A stretch of 64,000 nt of DNA from Octopus bimaculoides (lineage: Eukaryota), in assembly GCF_001194135.2 (NCBI RefSeq), contig NC_068988.1, forward strand, positions 93,859,977 to 93,923,976, in the 5' to 3' direction. The translations under genes were made by a program, and so were the position numbers. Numbering within the stretch: the first letter of the stretch is position 1; the number at the start of each line of letters is the position of its first letter. The notes under the pieces are model-generated. The model worked only from the letters and a program-made list of their open reading frames with translations, was not told the DNA's origin and did not search any database. This document shows positions 26,805-39,919 of this stretch, piece after piece.

Positions 26805-27205
26805 AACAAAAAACAAGATGGGAACAAATATCCGTCAATTGTAAATAATGTAAATAATTCCTCATCTCTCAGATATAGAACTGTATAATATCTTGGTGTA
26901 ATAATTCCCCGACCCCCTTGGGGTTTTTAGTTTTACTGCATGGTGACCCCACGAGTGCTGAAGTTACATAAAAGTCACCTAGTACACACTATAAAATGGT
27001 TGGCATGAGGAAAGGAATCCAGCACACAGATACACGATGGGCTTGTTTGAGTTCCCATTTGCCAAATCTACTCACAAGACTTAGATGAGCCCATGGCTGT
27101 AGTAAAAGATACTTGCTGAAGGCCACACAGTGGGACTGAACCCAAGACCACGGGGGCGCAAAGCAAGTGTTTTAACCACACAGCCACGCCTGCACCTATA
27201 TATAT

Positions 27206-27420
27206 ATCATTTAATGTACACAGTATAAACATATGCACTACAAATAGTTTCATGCATCGGAGACACGAGTCTAGGCAGGTTTTTATAATGCACCATGTAT
27301 CCCCAAACAACCCTCAGGCTGGGAAACACAAGGCATGTTATAAAAACCTACCTAGACTCATGTCTCCACTGCATGAAACTATTAGTAGCTCATATCTTTA
27401 TATTGTGTACATTAAATAAT
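27206..27420. repeat. Foldback element with ~100-bp arms and a 14-nt loop
   Basis: 27206-27305 is an imperfect reverse complement of 27320-27420 (e.g. TTTAATGTACAC/GTGTACATTAAA, GAGTCTAGG/CCTAGACTC). Confidence 0.85.
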
Positions 27421-28464
27421 ATTTATCTCTCACTGGATGGAATACATTTATTGTTGATCTTACCTGAATGGAACAGTAAACTATACACACACAAAGAATG
27501 TGCCACATGCAAGAAGCCAAGACAAGCTTTCATAATAGACTCAGGCAAAAGACACCGTTACCGAAGTCATTGCTTAGGACCAACACATGTAAAGTACAAC
27601 TTATTTGATATAAGACATGAAACCATTCTTACAAATACACAGACATGCATGTATAAATAAACATACGTATAACTGCCATAGAAAGGTATCTTAGAGAGAA
27701 ACGGAACAGAATATTTTCAAGTCTAAGACTAATTCTCAAAGAACTTTTAGAGGAAACAGACTGTAAGAGACTATCACATGAAACTCAAAAGCCATTCTGA
27801 TACATTAGAATCTTTACCATGCTCAATGGAACTGCTTACTGAGAAGGGATAAGAACAAATGGAATTACGGCTTGTAAACTCAACTGTCATTAAAAGCAAA
27901 AACAAACAAACAGAGCAAACCCATATCATTTCTTCTTGAACATTCCACATCAATACATTCTGTGTCATTCAAAGACTTTGAATTTTTCCCTATTATTGTC
28001 ATTAGCCGTGTCTTTTTTTTCTCTTCCTTTTTTGTTTATTTTCCGTCTTATTTTACCGTTGTTTGTTGTTATATAGGTTTTTCTTTCCTCTCCTCTTAAC
28101 ATTTTTCTGCCAATTACTAACCCATGTTGAGTAAGATACCATTATTGATGAATTATAGGTATGAATATGTGTAGGGAGGAGCAAGAGGAAGACAGAGAGA
28201 AGGAAAAAAAAAAAAAACCGAGTTAGGGAGCTGAAGGACAAAAGAAAACAGCATAAAAAGAAGAAAATTGCCCATGTATTTTTCTATCCTACTTCATTAG
28301 TCTCTGTTTAAACCAGACAAGCTTTTTCTATTGATATTAATTCTGTGCTTTCAAATTAACATCTATTCCGCTGTTTTTAGAAGCTCCTGATTCCATTGGT
28401 TAATGCTCATAAAAAAAGACAAAACACCCACTGGTGAGTTGTCACTTCTTATATACAACATACA

Positions 28465-28502
28465 CACATATATATATACATACATATATGTATATACATA
28501 TA

Positions 28503-28554
<52 letters not shown>

Positions 28555-28708
28555 TATATATATATACACATACATATATATATATGAATATATATATACA
28601 TACATATATATGAATATATATATATACATACATATATATGAATATGTATATATACATACATATATACATATATATATATATACATACATATATACATATA
28701 TATATATA

Positions 28709-28759
<51 letters not shown>
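28465..28759. repeat. (TA)/(TACA) compound microsatellite
   Basis: Direct inspection; runs into a gap. Confidence 0.95.
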
Positions 28760-30164
28760 NNNNNNNNNNNNNNNNNNNNNNNNNNNNNNNNNNNNNNNNN
28801 NNNNNNNNNNNNNNNNNNNNNNNNNNNNNNNNNNNNNNNNNNNNNNNNNNNNNNNNNNNNNNNNNNNNNNNNNNNNNNNNNNNNNNNNNNNNNNNNNNNN
28901 NNNNNNNNNNNNNNNNNNNNNNNNNNNNNNNNNNNNNNNNNNNNNNNNNNNNNNNNNNNNNNNNNNNNNNNNNNNNNNNNNNNNNNNNNNNNNNNNNNNN
29001 NNNNNNNNNNNNNNNNNNNNNNNNNNNNNNNNNNNNNNNNNNNNNNNNNNNNNNNNNNNNNNNNNNNNNNNNNNNNNNNNNNNNNNNNNNNNNNNNNNNN
29101 NNNNNNNNNNNNNNNNNNNNNNNNNNNNNNNNNNNNNNNNNNNNNNNNNNNNNNNNNNNNNNNNNNNNNNNNNNNNNNNNNNNNNNNNNNNNNNNNNNNN
29201 NNNNNNNNNNNNNNNNNNNNNNNNNNNNNNNNNNNNNNNNNNNNNNNNNNNNNNNNNNNNNNNNNNNNNNNNNNNNNNNNNNNNNNNNNNNNNNNNNNNN
29301 NNNNNNNNNNNNNNNNNNNNNNNNNNNNNNNNNNNNNNNNNNNNNNNNNNNNNNNNNNNNTGTATGGAGTAGAGGTGGGAGGAGATGATAGAAAAGCTTG
29401 GCAGAAGGAATGGAATGGGCTAAACTCTCACACAAGCTCTGTGATCAACAACACTGCTTTTTCAGAGACACAGACGTCATATATTGATCTGAGCCTTTTC
29501 TGATTGCTCTGCGAAAAGAATGAAACTCGATTCTGACCTATACGAAAGTGAACGGAAAACGGAAAAACAGAAAAAGAACAAAACTGACAATAGAAAAAGC
29601 AAAAAAAAAAAAAAAGGAGAAAAGAAAAAAGAAGGCAGGGTGAAAAATGAAGAAAGAAAAAGATAAAAAAAACCCACAGAAAAATTGATTTCAGAAGAGA
29701 ACATGGAGGCGGGAAAAAAATCTGTTTAGTTTTCAATATGGCTGACATTAAAAATTGTTTCATTTTCATTGAAGGCTGGCATCTATTTACTAGCGTTAAC
29801 AAGCTAAAAATGTCGAAAAGATCAATACTAGTCTGATGAAGAATTCACCGGAACAATTCAATGTATTTGTTGTAATAACGAGATGAAGAAGGAAAAAGAA
29901 CAATAAACAAACAACAATAACAACAAAAGTAAATACTAATGGGTGGGCAGGGATGGAAGCTGAAGAATCAGGTAATAAAATGGAACATTTTTAGAATTAT
30001 ATCTGAAAATGTTAAATTTTTAATTTTGTAGCATTAAAATAGCAAAATTTTATGCAATAATGTCAACATGCAAACAATACATACAATGTGTTGTATATGT
30101 AAATATGTGTGTAAGTCTACATACATACATACATACATACATACATACACCCACACACATATAC

Positions 30165-30233
<69 letters not shown>

Positions 30234-31547
30234 TGTATATATATATGCACATATATATGTGTGTCTGTATATGTACACACACACATGTATTTATGCATAT
30301 CAGCCACATGAAGACCCTGCATATATGTATTATAACAATAGTAATTATTTTTTAGCAATTAAACTAAATATGTTTCAACTTAAACCAAACAGGAAATAAT
30401 TATAATAATAATAATAATGATGATGATGATGATGATAATAATAATAATAAAAGTAGGGAGGAACATTTGCAAGAAAAAAAAAATCTTTTCAAAACCTAAA
30501 AAAGATATATATATTTCTTTCTATCAATATACTTTACAATTAGATTTATAATTACTATTGAAATGAGAGAGGAATAAGCACAGCTTTGTGGTTAAGAATT
30601 TTGCATTGCCATGCCATGGTTTTGGGGTTCATTCTAATGCATACCACTTTAAGCGTCTTCTACAATAGCCTCACACTGATAAACGCTTTGCGAATGAAAT
30701 TTGGCAAATGGAAACTCTATGGAAGCCTGTATATTATTTGTTGGTTTAACATAAGTTTTCCCCTGTTAGTATGTTTTGGAAGAATGCATATTACTTAATC
30801 ACTGTTTAATAGCTGGATACTCTTCCTGTCACAAACACTTAACTGGGCTCCCCCCCCCCCCNNNNNNNNNNNNNNTTTTTTCCCCAAAAATCGGAACTTT
30901 ATTCCACACACCTTCAAAGGCACAGAACTTAAGAAGAATTTGCTCACCACTGCATGGCACCTTGGGCAAGTGTCTTCTACTACAGCCTTGGGCCGACCAA
31001 AGTCATGTGAGTGGATTTGGTAGATGGAAACTGAAAGAAGCCCGTCATATATATACATGTGTGTGTGAGTGTTTGTAGGTCTGTGTTTGTCCCTCCTTAA
31101 TATGTCTCACCATGACAGGGTGAAAAACAAAAAAAAGGTGAAAATGATGTTGAGAGAGCCATCCATTAAGAGCTGCTGGCAGTTTGTATCTGCAAGAATT
31201 TGAGTTAATGGTCTGCAAAGCACCACTGTGTGGGATTCAGTTCCATTTGAAGTTAACTGGCCAAAGAACACAACATACTGGAACTAGTCAAAGACAAAGC
31301 TGTAGAAAAAGCTAATAGATCAATATATTTGTACACCAGATAACCTTTAGATACCTTTAAAAATACTGTTGTTATGATCAAGACAATGCGTACCATAAAG
31401 AAAAAAAAATGGTTAGAAAGGACAGTAAAAATATATAAATATGATTTTAATTGATTATACACTTCTCAAACAAATTTGTTGATCTGAATTGATGTTGATT
31501 TCATTGAATTAAATTGATTTGCAGATTTGATTTGAAATGAAGAAACA

Positions 31548-31591
<44 letters not shown>

Positions 31592-32409
31592 GGATGGCAA
31601 GCTGGCAGAATCGTTAGCATCGAGGGCAAAATGCTTGGCGGCATTTTGTCCATTGTCACGTTCTGAGTTCAAATTCCACTGACGTCAACTTTGCCTTTCA
31701 TCCTTTCAGGCTACCCATTGGGATTACTCATCCGATAAGGGTACTTCAGGCACATGCATCACAACCATACGTACGCAACATTGCGATCTCATATCAAAAT
31801 AAACAACACGTGGCCCTTGCAGGTGGGACCCAGTTATAACGTTTCTCAGTTCATGTAGCCCATCCCACTCAAAAGGTTCCTGAATAAGGGTTGTTTAAGG
31901 ATGTTGAACGAAACACATTCGAGAACTTGCTGGCTGCTTATGGTGTTGTACTTCTGGTTATGGTTCTAGTGCTCGTATTTACCACAGGCATCTGGTTGCT
32001 ACATTATGTCCATGACATCTGCACTTTTAACAATCAGTCCACCTAGCTGTAAGTAGGTACAACAATTTGGAATTATAAACACCTGTAAATAGCAGTAACA
32101 CTAGTAATGGGTTTTGATAGCTGGTATTAGTGAGTTTTGGGGTTGTCATGTGGCTTTAATCAGTAATACAAGCATTAATAATGTAGCACTAACCCCATTC
32201 TATCACTATTAATAGGGGTCAAATGTTGTCCCATGACACAACTAAATAACAATCTATATTCCACAGAGTTGTGAGTTTTATCTACAACAGAAAAACGACG
32301 TGGAGAGGAAAAGCTCAATAGAATTCAGTACCAAAGCAATTGTAATAAATATTATATACAATGAACAATATTAAGCAGAGTATATAGTTGGAATATAAAA
32401 AGTACTTAC

Positions 32410-32526
32410 ATTTGATTCTGTCATTCGTTTCATGCGAATGTACTTCAAATCCCGCGAAAGCATTAGTTTCACCTGATCCTCTGTATGGACTTTCTCAGCA
32501 CTCTCTCGTGGCTGGTGAATACCATC
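32410..32526 (-). CDS. UTP11: UTP11 coding exon 4 (DGIHQPRESAEKVHTEDQVKLMLSRDLKYIRMKRMTESN)
   Basis: tgtgtag|GATGGT...TCAAAT|gtaagt; 117 nt, phase 0/0; resembles human 'DGVH...T.EQLKLM.TQD.KYI.MKR..E'. Confidence 0.95.
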
Positions 32527-34605
32527 CTACACAGGAAGACAAAAAGGAATAAATAAAAAATCTCCTTTCGTTACATGCTGACGAACTGGCTACCCTTTTT
32601 TCTGACTGACAGGAAAAGAGTAGTGATCTTTTTTGCCCAAGGAGCTTTTATCATCCTCATCATTTAATGTCTATTTTCGATGCTGGTATGGGTTGGATGG
32701 TTTGACAGGAGCTGGCCAGGCTGGAGGGCTGAACCAAGCCCTGGTCATCTGTTTTGGCATGGTTTCTATGGTTGGACATCCTTATTAACACCAACCACTT
32801 CACACAGAGTGTACTGGGTGCTTTCTACATGGTGCTCTTCTATGCAGGGCTGGCATGGGTGCTTTTCTACATGGCACCAGTATGAGTGCATTCCATGTGG
32901 TGTCAGCATGGGTGCTCTTTATGTGGCACAAGCATGGCTGTTCCCATGTGGTGTTGACAAGGGAGCTTTTTACAACCAAATAAATAGAAAATTGTTTATT
33001 TTGAAAATAGTGACCTTCACAGATGAAATAACATGTCAAATAATTTGTGGTAAATTGTGTTTTGACAAGCTCTGACATGCAAATCACTTGGCAAACTGCC
33101 TGTCTGTGGTTTCAATCCATCTTTCCTATCTTGGTCATGTGAGCTTTCTGTCATATTGTGCCATCAAGACAAGGGTTCACAGAATCCTCTCTGAACCCAT
33201 CCTTCACTATCAACCTCAATGCTCCTCATGGTTAGGTTTTGTCCCTCACAGTCTACTTCCTATAAATTAATGACCCCCAACTAAGCCAAAGCTAAGAACT
33301 AATTCTTAAAGACTCAGGAGACAGTTAGACTTATGTTGCATGGTGCCATTGGACAACACTGATGATTATATTGTGGCTTAATGTGCCGGGTCTGTAAGGA
33401 ATAAGTTTAGTTGCTAGTAGACAGAATAAGATGTTGCTGTAACAAAAAAAAACAAAACAAAAAAAAAAAACATTTGTTCCAACAATATGCAAATGTGTAA
33501 GTTTGCATAAATGCATGCCAGCATAGAAAAATAGATGTAAAACTGAAAAAAAGAAAAAAAAGAGTAAAACATATAAAGGATGAAAGTGGGAAAAAAGAAA
33601 AAAAGGAAACAACTGTAAGTTTAAAAATGATTAAAGGAAGACTGAATGATGCATAGCAAATGGAGAGAGAGAGAGAGAGAGGTAGGTTGGAGAGAGAGAG
33701 AGAAAGTGACAGCAGATGGAAGCTACAGTAAGTAAGTTTAATGCTAAATAGATAGCATTTAAGATGGGAGAATAAAAGAGGAGGAAACAAAATAAACGAA
33801 GCGTGGAGAAATTTCTGTTGGGACATTCCATGATAGAACAAAATTCTCCCCATGAAACATTTTCATCTCATTAATTCTATGCAAATCAAGAGTTGTACTA
33901 ACGGCTTTTTACTGTGTTTAACTCGGAAACACTTTGTCTCTGGGGCAGTCTCCTGATATTAGAAGATAACACAATACGCACTATTGTCGGAGATAGAGCA
34001 AAGCATCAAACCATCAAACACACAATGAAAGCATTAGTAAGCCTACATTGGAAGTGTTCTGTTGCTAACGTTCTTTCACAACCATTTGGGTTATCGTCAA
34101 TGTTGATTTCTCTTTTGCATGGTTGTTGCCAATTCCCTGCCACTGCTCATGGCTTCATTCTTCTTGAGATGAATATTTAATTATCACCTGACAAACTGCC
34201 ATATTAAGAACTGATATATGCATAATATTGACCTCTACAGTTACCAGTGAACAGGAAAATAAATATTATGCAGTAGAAATAGAGATTAGGTGGTGGTGGT
34301 GGTGGGGGAAGAGGGACGAGGACGAGGTGAGGAGTAGATAAAACAGTTGCCACAATAGAATTCGCTCGGAACAAAAGGTAAAAATGAAAATAAAATAAAT
34401 TTATTTTTAAAACAAGGTAGAAAAAGAAAAAAAGAAAAAAAAAAAGGAATACTTGACACATCACTGTCAGATTATTGTTTTTATTTCAAACAACTGCTTC
34501 AGTTAAAAGTCCAATCACTAAGACTTCCAAAAAATATTTTTATTTTATCTAAAAACTGCTTTATACATATAAGATATACACACACACACATACATATACA
34601 TGCAT

Positions 34606-34637
<32 letters not shown>

Positions 34638-34645
34638 TTTTTTAT

Positions 34646-34783
34646 TGTGTCTGGGGAGTGTCATTCTCTTTTAGTGCCTTATTAATTTAACACACTCACT
34701 GGTCTAATTTCCACTCATCTACTTATTTTTTTTTACTAAAATTTTCATTGTGTCTTGCAACCTTTTCAATAGTCGTTGACTCT
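34646..34783 (+). repeat. Dispersed ~140-bp repeat (inverted copy at 36400-36540; third copy at ~62514-62643)
   Basis: GTCTGGGGAG.GTCATTCTCTTT..GTGCCTT...GTCTTGCAACCTTTTCAATAG shared by all three copies. Confidence 0.8.
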
Positions 34784-34929
34784 GTTATTGGAACTGCATT
34801 CTTCTTTTTCTCTTTTTTTTTTGTTTGTTTGTTTGCGCACATGTGTAATCCACTACTGTTTTACTTTATTGTAGGTATGCAGGTGACATTAACATTCTAG
34901 TTAGGACAAACTCTAGTAACGGTAATGTA

Positions 34930-35946
34930 GAAACCGAGAGGAGCATAATGGAGAGCATCCAGCATGTAGCTAACTCCATCTACCAAAGTATCAAGGTGAC
35001 TATAGATTATCCCATTAGGCACCCTAACAATAGACTCCCCGTCCTTTATACTGAACTTTGGTTAGAGACTGTGAACAACAGAATGCAACTCCTCCACTCC
35101 TATAACATGAAACTCATACCTTCTAAACATGTTGGTCACAAGAACTCAGCTCTGTCACACAATATGAAAATTAACATACTGATAATAGACCTAGTTAGGA
35201 TAATGAGCAATGTGTCCCCACTATGCGAACCTTATGAAACAAAGAAACATGCAATTCTTTGGATATGATCAGAAAGATAGGGTTCAGGTATACAGGCGTG
35301 CTAGAAAGAAGTTAGATAATATTATAAGTAAAGAAACCAGTGGTACCTGCCCTAGATATAGAAGTAAAAACTGGAATAGAATACAAAGAGTTTGTGACAA
35401 AGCAAACAGGGTGAACACATGCTACAAGACCGACAAATATCAAGGAGCGATGTTTGTAGAAGCCACAGCCTGTGGAGAACTAGTCTGTAGATTTAGGAAA
35501 GCTCTGAAGTTGGCCAAACTCAACATTAAATTTGTTGAAAAGCCAGGGAGCTCCATCAGATCACAACTAAGTAGAACGTACCCCTTTGAGAATACCACAA
35601 CATGCACCAATGATAACTGCATGGTATGTAAGATTAACCCTGGCATTAACTGTAGAAATAGAAATGTAGTCTACAGCATAAAGTGCATAGAGGGTGCTTG
35701 TAAAGACAAGACCATAATATACAAAGGTGAGACATCTAGAAGCATTGCAGACTAAATGAACATTTAAGACAATATGACAACAAAAAACAGTCTTCCATAC
35801 TCTACCAACATGTCAAGGACCAACATGGAGGCAACCTGGCTCGACTTGACAGCCGCATCTTATTCAAGGACCCAAAGGACCCAACACTCAGACAAGTGCA
35901 GGAGTACATTCTTATTAATGAAACATCCCCAGTACTAAATAGGAAA
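34930..35946 (+). mobile_element. Penelope-like element relic (RT C-terminus + GIY-YIG endonuclease; Naiad-like), frameshifted
   Basis: 'SIKVTIDYP.RHPNNRLPVL', 'FFGYDQK', 'MFVEAT..GEL', Cys knuckle 'CTNDNCMVC...NCRNRNVVYSIKC', 'YKGETSRS'; after a frameshift near 35750 'LNEHL...LYQH...LRQVQEYILI...LNRK'. Confidence 0.85.
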
Positions 35947-35989
35947 TATACATAGGTGTCATACCCCAATACCCATAGTTTATATAGTC

Positions 35990-36365
35990 ATACAAACTCA
36001 TACACAGACACAAACATGCACACACACAAGGAGGCAGAGGTACACACACACAAATACAAACACACAAGCACATGGATATGCAGAATACATACATACAAAC
36101 ATGCACACATATATGTACATGTATATACATAGACACACATACATGCATATACACATATATATATGTACACAAACACACACATATACATATACACATATGC
36201 ATACACGAATGCACACATACATACATACACACACATACAAGCATGCATGCATACACAGATACATGCAGAGTACATACAAACATGCACACATGAATACATA
36301 TATATATACATACACACATACATACATACACATGCGTATGTGCATGCAGACTGACGCACACACAA
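35990..36365. repeat. (CA)/(TACA) compound microsatellite
   Basis: Direct inspection. Confidence 0.9.
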
Positions 36366-36561
36366 ACAAACAAAAAAAGAACACAGTTACGATAACGGAC
36401 AGTGTCAATGTTTATTGGAAAGGTTGCAAGACACAATGAAAATTTTAGTAAAAATAAATAAGTAAATGAATGGAAATCAGACCGGTGAATGTGTTAGATT
36501 AATAAGGCACTAAAAGAGAATGACTCTTCCCAGACTCAATAGAATATGCTTCAACACACGA

Positions 36562-36599
<38 letters not shown>

Positions 36600-38470
36600 A
36601 ACAATAAGCATGAAATAAAACAAAAAAAATATTATCAAGAACAATTATAAAATGTGAACCACTGATCCTTTAGTTAAACTTGGCTGTCAGTGTCCAACCC
36701 CTGACCTTAAAATTCAGAGAATTATTTCACTATTCTGAGAGTGGGGTGCTGTGGTTTAGCCCCAAGTGAAATCATTATACAAATCTAGGATCAAATACTT
36801 TCAGCCAGTTATCTTAGTAACTGAGTCCCTTTTTTCCCCCCTTTGTTTAAAACAGAAGGGTGTAATTTGAAGGATATTTAGCTCCTACTTCTAACAGAGA
36901 GGCAATGATGTAGAGGTGCTCTTTAAATGTCAGCTGAGGCTTTTGAATATGGTAAATCCTTACTTGTAATCCAAATATTCAGTTTCTGGGTAAATATAAG
37001 GATCAAATGAGGACTACATCAAGAAGGTTGCTACAAATCCTGTCTTTCATCAATCAAAGAACAATGAAATAAAATCCTACCAATCAGGTAATGGTGTTGA
37101 CTAAACTGATCGTAGCCATTCCATACAAATACGTGGCCATTTTAACAATGTTAGACATTATTCATATTATTATTATCATCATTCATAGTTGCTGTTGTAT
37201 ACAGCTGTTTCCTCATGTATGTACAGATGTGTGTGTGTGTGTGTGTGTGTGCTATTGGTACAAGTTGGTTCTTTTTTTTTTTTTGGCCAGCATAAATTGA
37301 AACATTTCTGCCAAGCGTGAGGAGATATTTACAGTAAGAAATGTTAAACTGGAGAAGATCATAAAAATGATCTTGAAAAATAAAAACAATATAAAAGAAC
37401 ATAATGGTTGAAAGCGATACTTATAGCATTTTCACTTTTGGCTGTTAAAGATGGCATGTGTGTCGGGGAGAAAGTAGAGGTTGGCTGAATGTTGTGATAC
37501 AATCTGTCTGCAAACTTTGTTTAACTCACGCAAAACAGTGGGTGAAGTCTTGTGGCGTCTTACTTCTAGCAAACATCATCCATCATCTACCTCTGTATAT
37601 CAAGTGACATATTCAATAAGTGCCATGACAAGTGTGGTGCCTTGCTCTCCTCTCTTTCATCCAGCCAGACATTTTATACTTTGACCTTGCATCTTTCTCA
37701 CTCTCTCACCTCTCTCTCTCTCTCTCTCTATCTCTCTATATTTCAAGGAATATCTTTATCTCAATGTTTGCAACTTTCTCTTCCATTCAGTTGCATCACT
37801 CTTCAAATTTTGATATGAAATATGTTCCCTCCAGTCACCTCCACCCCATTACTACAGCAATGTAAACACTTAAAAAGAATTCTGTTCCAGTTGACTAACT
37901 CCTGATTGTCAGCCATCTCCACTACATTCACTGACCCTTAAAGTCAACACGAGACCGAGACCGGTCAGTTGTTTTACTAATCCACTATCACCTTCAGAAA
38001 AAGCCTGACATAAATTTTTTTTTTCCTATCTTCCAACTACTGCTGAATATAATCTTCCATTTTTGGTCTTCTTATATAAAATGGAATCTTCCCATGGCCT
38101 GAATCATCATCATCATCATAATTTAATGTCCATTTTCTATGCTGGCATGGGTTGACCAATTTGACAGGAGCTGGCAAGCTGAAGGGCTGCACAAGGTTCC
38201 AGCCATCTGGTTTGGTATGGTTTTTATAGCTGGCTACCATTCTTAACACCAACCACTTTACAAAGTGTACTGGGTGCTTTTTATGTGGTGCTGGCATGGG
38301 GTACTTTGTACATAGTGCCGGTAGGGGTCAGCACTGACTCAGATGCCTCAAAGATATTCAAATTAGAATGGTTCAGCATTGGACTGAAATATTTGCCAGT
38401 GTGTTTTGAGAGAGAGAGAGAGAAGAGAGGAATACAGTGAAATATTTTTGAGAATCTTTGGATTACTTAC

Positions 38471-38573
38471 CACTTTTTTATTGCGAACCATATTGAAGTA
38501 GAACTCATCAGGATTGCGGTTCAGCGCTTTCACCTTCAGTGACTTTATAACTCCTTTCCTTCTCTGATCCTCA
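38471..38573 (-). CDS. UTP11: UTP11 coding exon 3 (T-EDQRRKGVIKSLKVKALNRNPDEFYFNMVRNKKV)
   Basis: ttttag|T...GTG|gtaagt; 103 nt; phase matches exon 2; hallmark 'KAL.RNPDEFYF.M' motif. Confidence 0.97.
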
Positions 38574-38875
38574 CTAAAAATATAAATTAAATTCAGCATT
38601 TAATTTGCTTAAAGTTATTTTAATTATCTCTAACCATCTCTTTTTTTCTGAAAATAAATGACAGTCTGAAATAAGTACAGGGTTGATATGATTGGTTAAA
38701 ATACTTGAAGGTGGATCCCCAGTATGGCTGTAGTCCAATGAACAAAACCAGAAAGCACTAAAGAATATCACAAGCAAAATTACCTTGTTTCACTAATTCT
38801 GGTCAGTTGGCTTTGGCTGTTCTCAGGTACCATTATCAGAATTCATAAATTTGAGGTACATCACAAATCAACATC

Positions 38876-39245
38876 AACAAGAGCACTCAGAGAGTGCAAA
38901 CCTCTGCCAAGGCAACACCAACATCCTCTCAGCGATTAGCCAGAGATGATTTTTAAAATGAGAATATCTGAAATAAACTCGGCTGCTCTCATAAACGAGA
39001 ATACTAAAAATGAACCCAGCCACTCTCAAAAATTAAGTGAAAAAAACAGGTAAAATAATACAGAATCCTTGTCCGGTAACGGATCGATCCCAAAATCTAA
39101 TCAGTTCATGCCAGTCATGAGGCCAAACATCCCTGAAAGTTTCATCCAAATCCATCCAGCAGTTCTTGAGATATCTTGTCCACGGACAAACAAACAAGCA
39201 CAACTGAAAACCATACCTCCACCTTTGCTAAGGCGGAGGTAATAA
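38876..39245 (+). mobile_element. Helentron/Helitron-like non-autonomous element
   Basis: 5' AACAAGAGCACTCAGAGAGTGCAAACCTCTGCCAAGGC and 3' hairpin ACCTCCACCTTTGCTAAGGCGGAGGT followed by AATAA; subterminal inverted motif. Confidence 0.55.
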
Positions 39246-39919
39246 AAGTAACTGTTTGAAAATTAGGCAGAAAGATAGAAATCTGGGGGAGAGTTTAATT
39301 GATTAAATCAACCCTGGAAGGAAGAAAGAAATAGTCGACTTTGATGGGATTTGAGTAGAGAATGTAAAGACACAGAAGAGACACCACAAAGCATTTTGCA
39401 TAATGTCCAAACAATTCTGCCAATCTACCACCCAAACCCTAACCCTAATAAGGATAATAATAACTGTTTCTAATTTAGGCACAAGGCCAGCAATTTTGAG
39501 GGGAAGGAATTAGTTGCACAGTTGGATAAAGATCCAAGGAGTTGTAGGACTGGATCATTCACCTGTGTCTGCTTTGGTATAGTTTTTATGGATGGATGCC
39601 CTTCCTAATGCCAACTGCTTTACAATGTGTACTGGGTGCTTTTTTTTGCCACTGACACTATTGAGGTCACCATGGGGCTCATAAGTCAACAAACGCAGAG
39701 AGAGAGAGAGAGAGAGATAGATAGAGAGAAGATACTGCATCTGTATGTTAGATAGGGGTTAAGATATGAGGGAAGAGGTTGAAGTAGAGTAGGTTCTTGT
39801 TATAGTACTTAACTGGTACTTTATTTCATTGGCCCCACCAGAAGGATGAAAGGCCTCAGCAAGATTTGAACGCTCCCAAAATATTTTTGTCTTGCAGGTT
39901 ACTTGGTGACCCTGTCAGT

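Noticed and set aside
29830-29860. CTGATGA followed by GGAAC
   Set aside because: The GAAA core and stem II are not intact.
28363-30358. Long ORFs rich in Y/I/H/T/C/V in the ORF track (also near 7650, 36000, 51390 and 54560)
   Set aside because: They are translations of microsatellites or run through N gaps.
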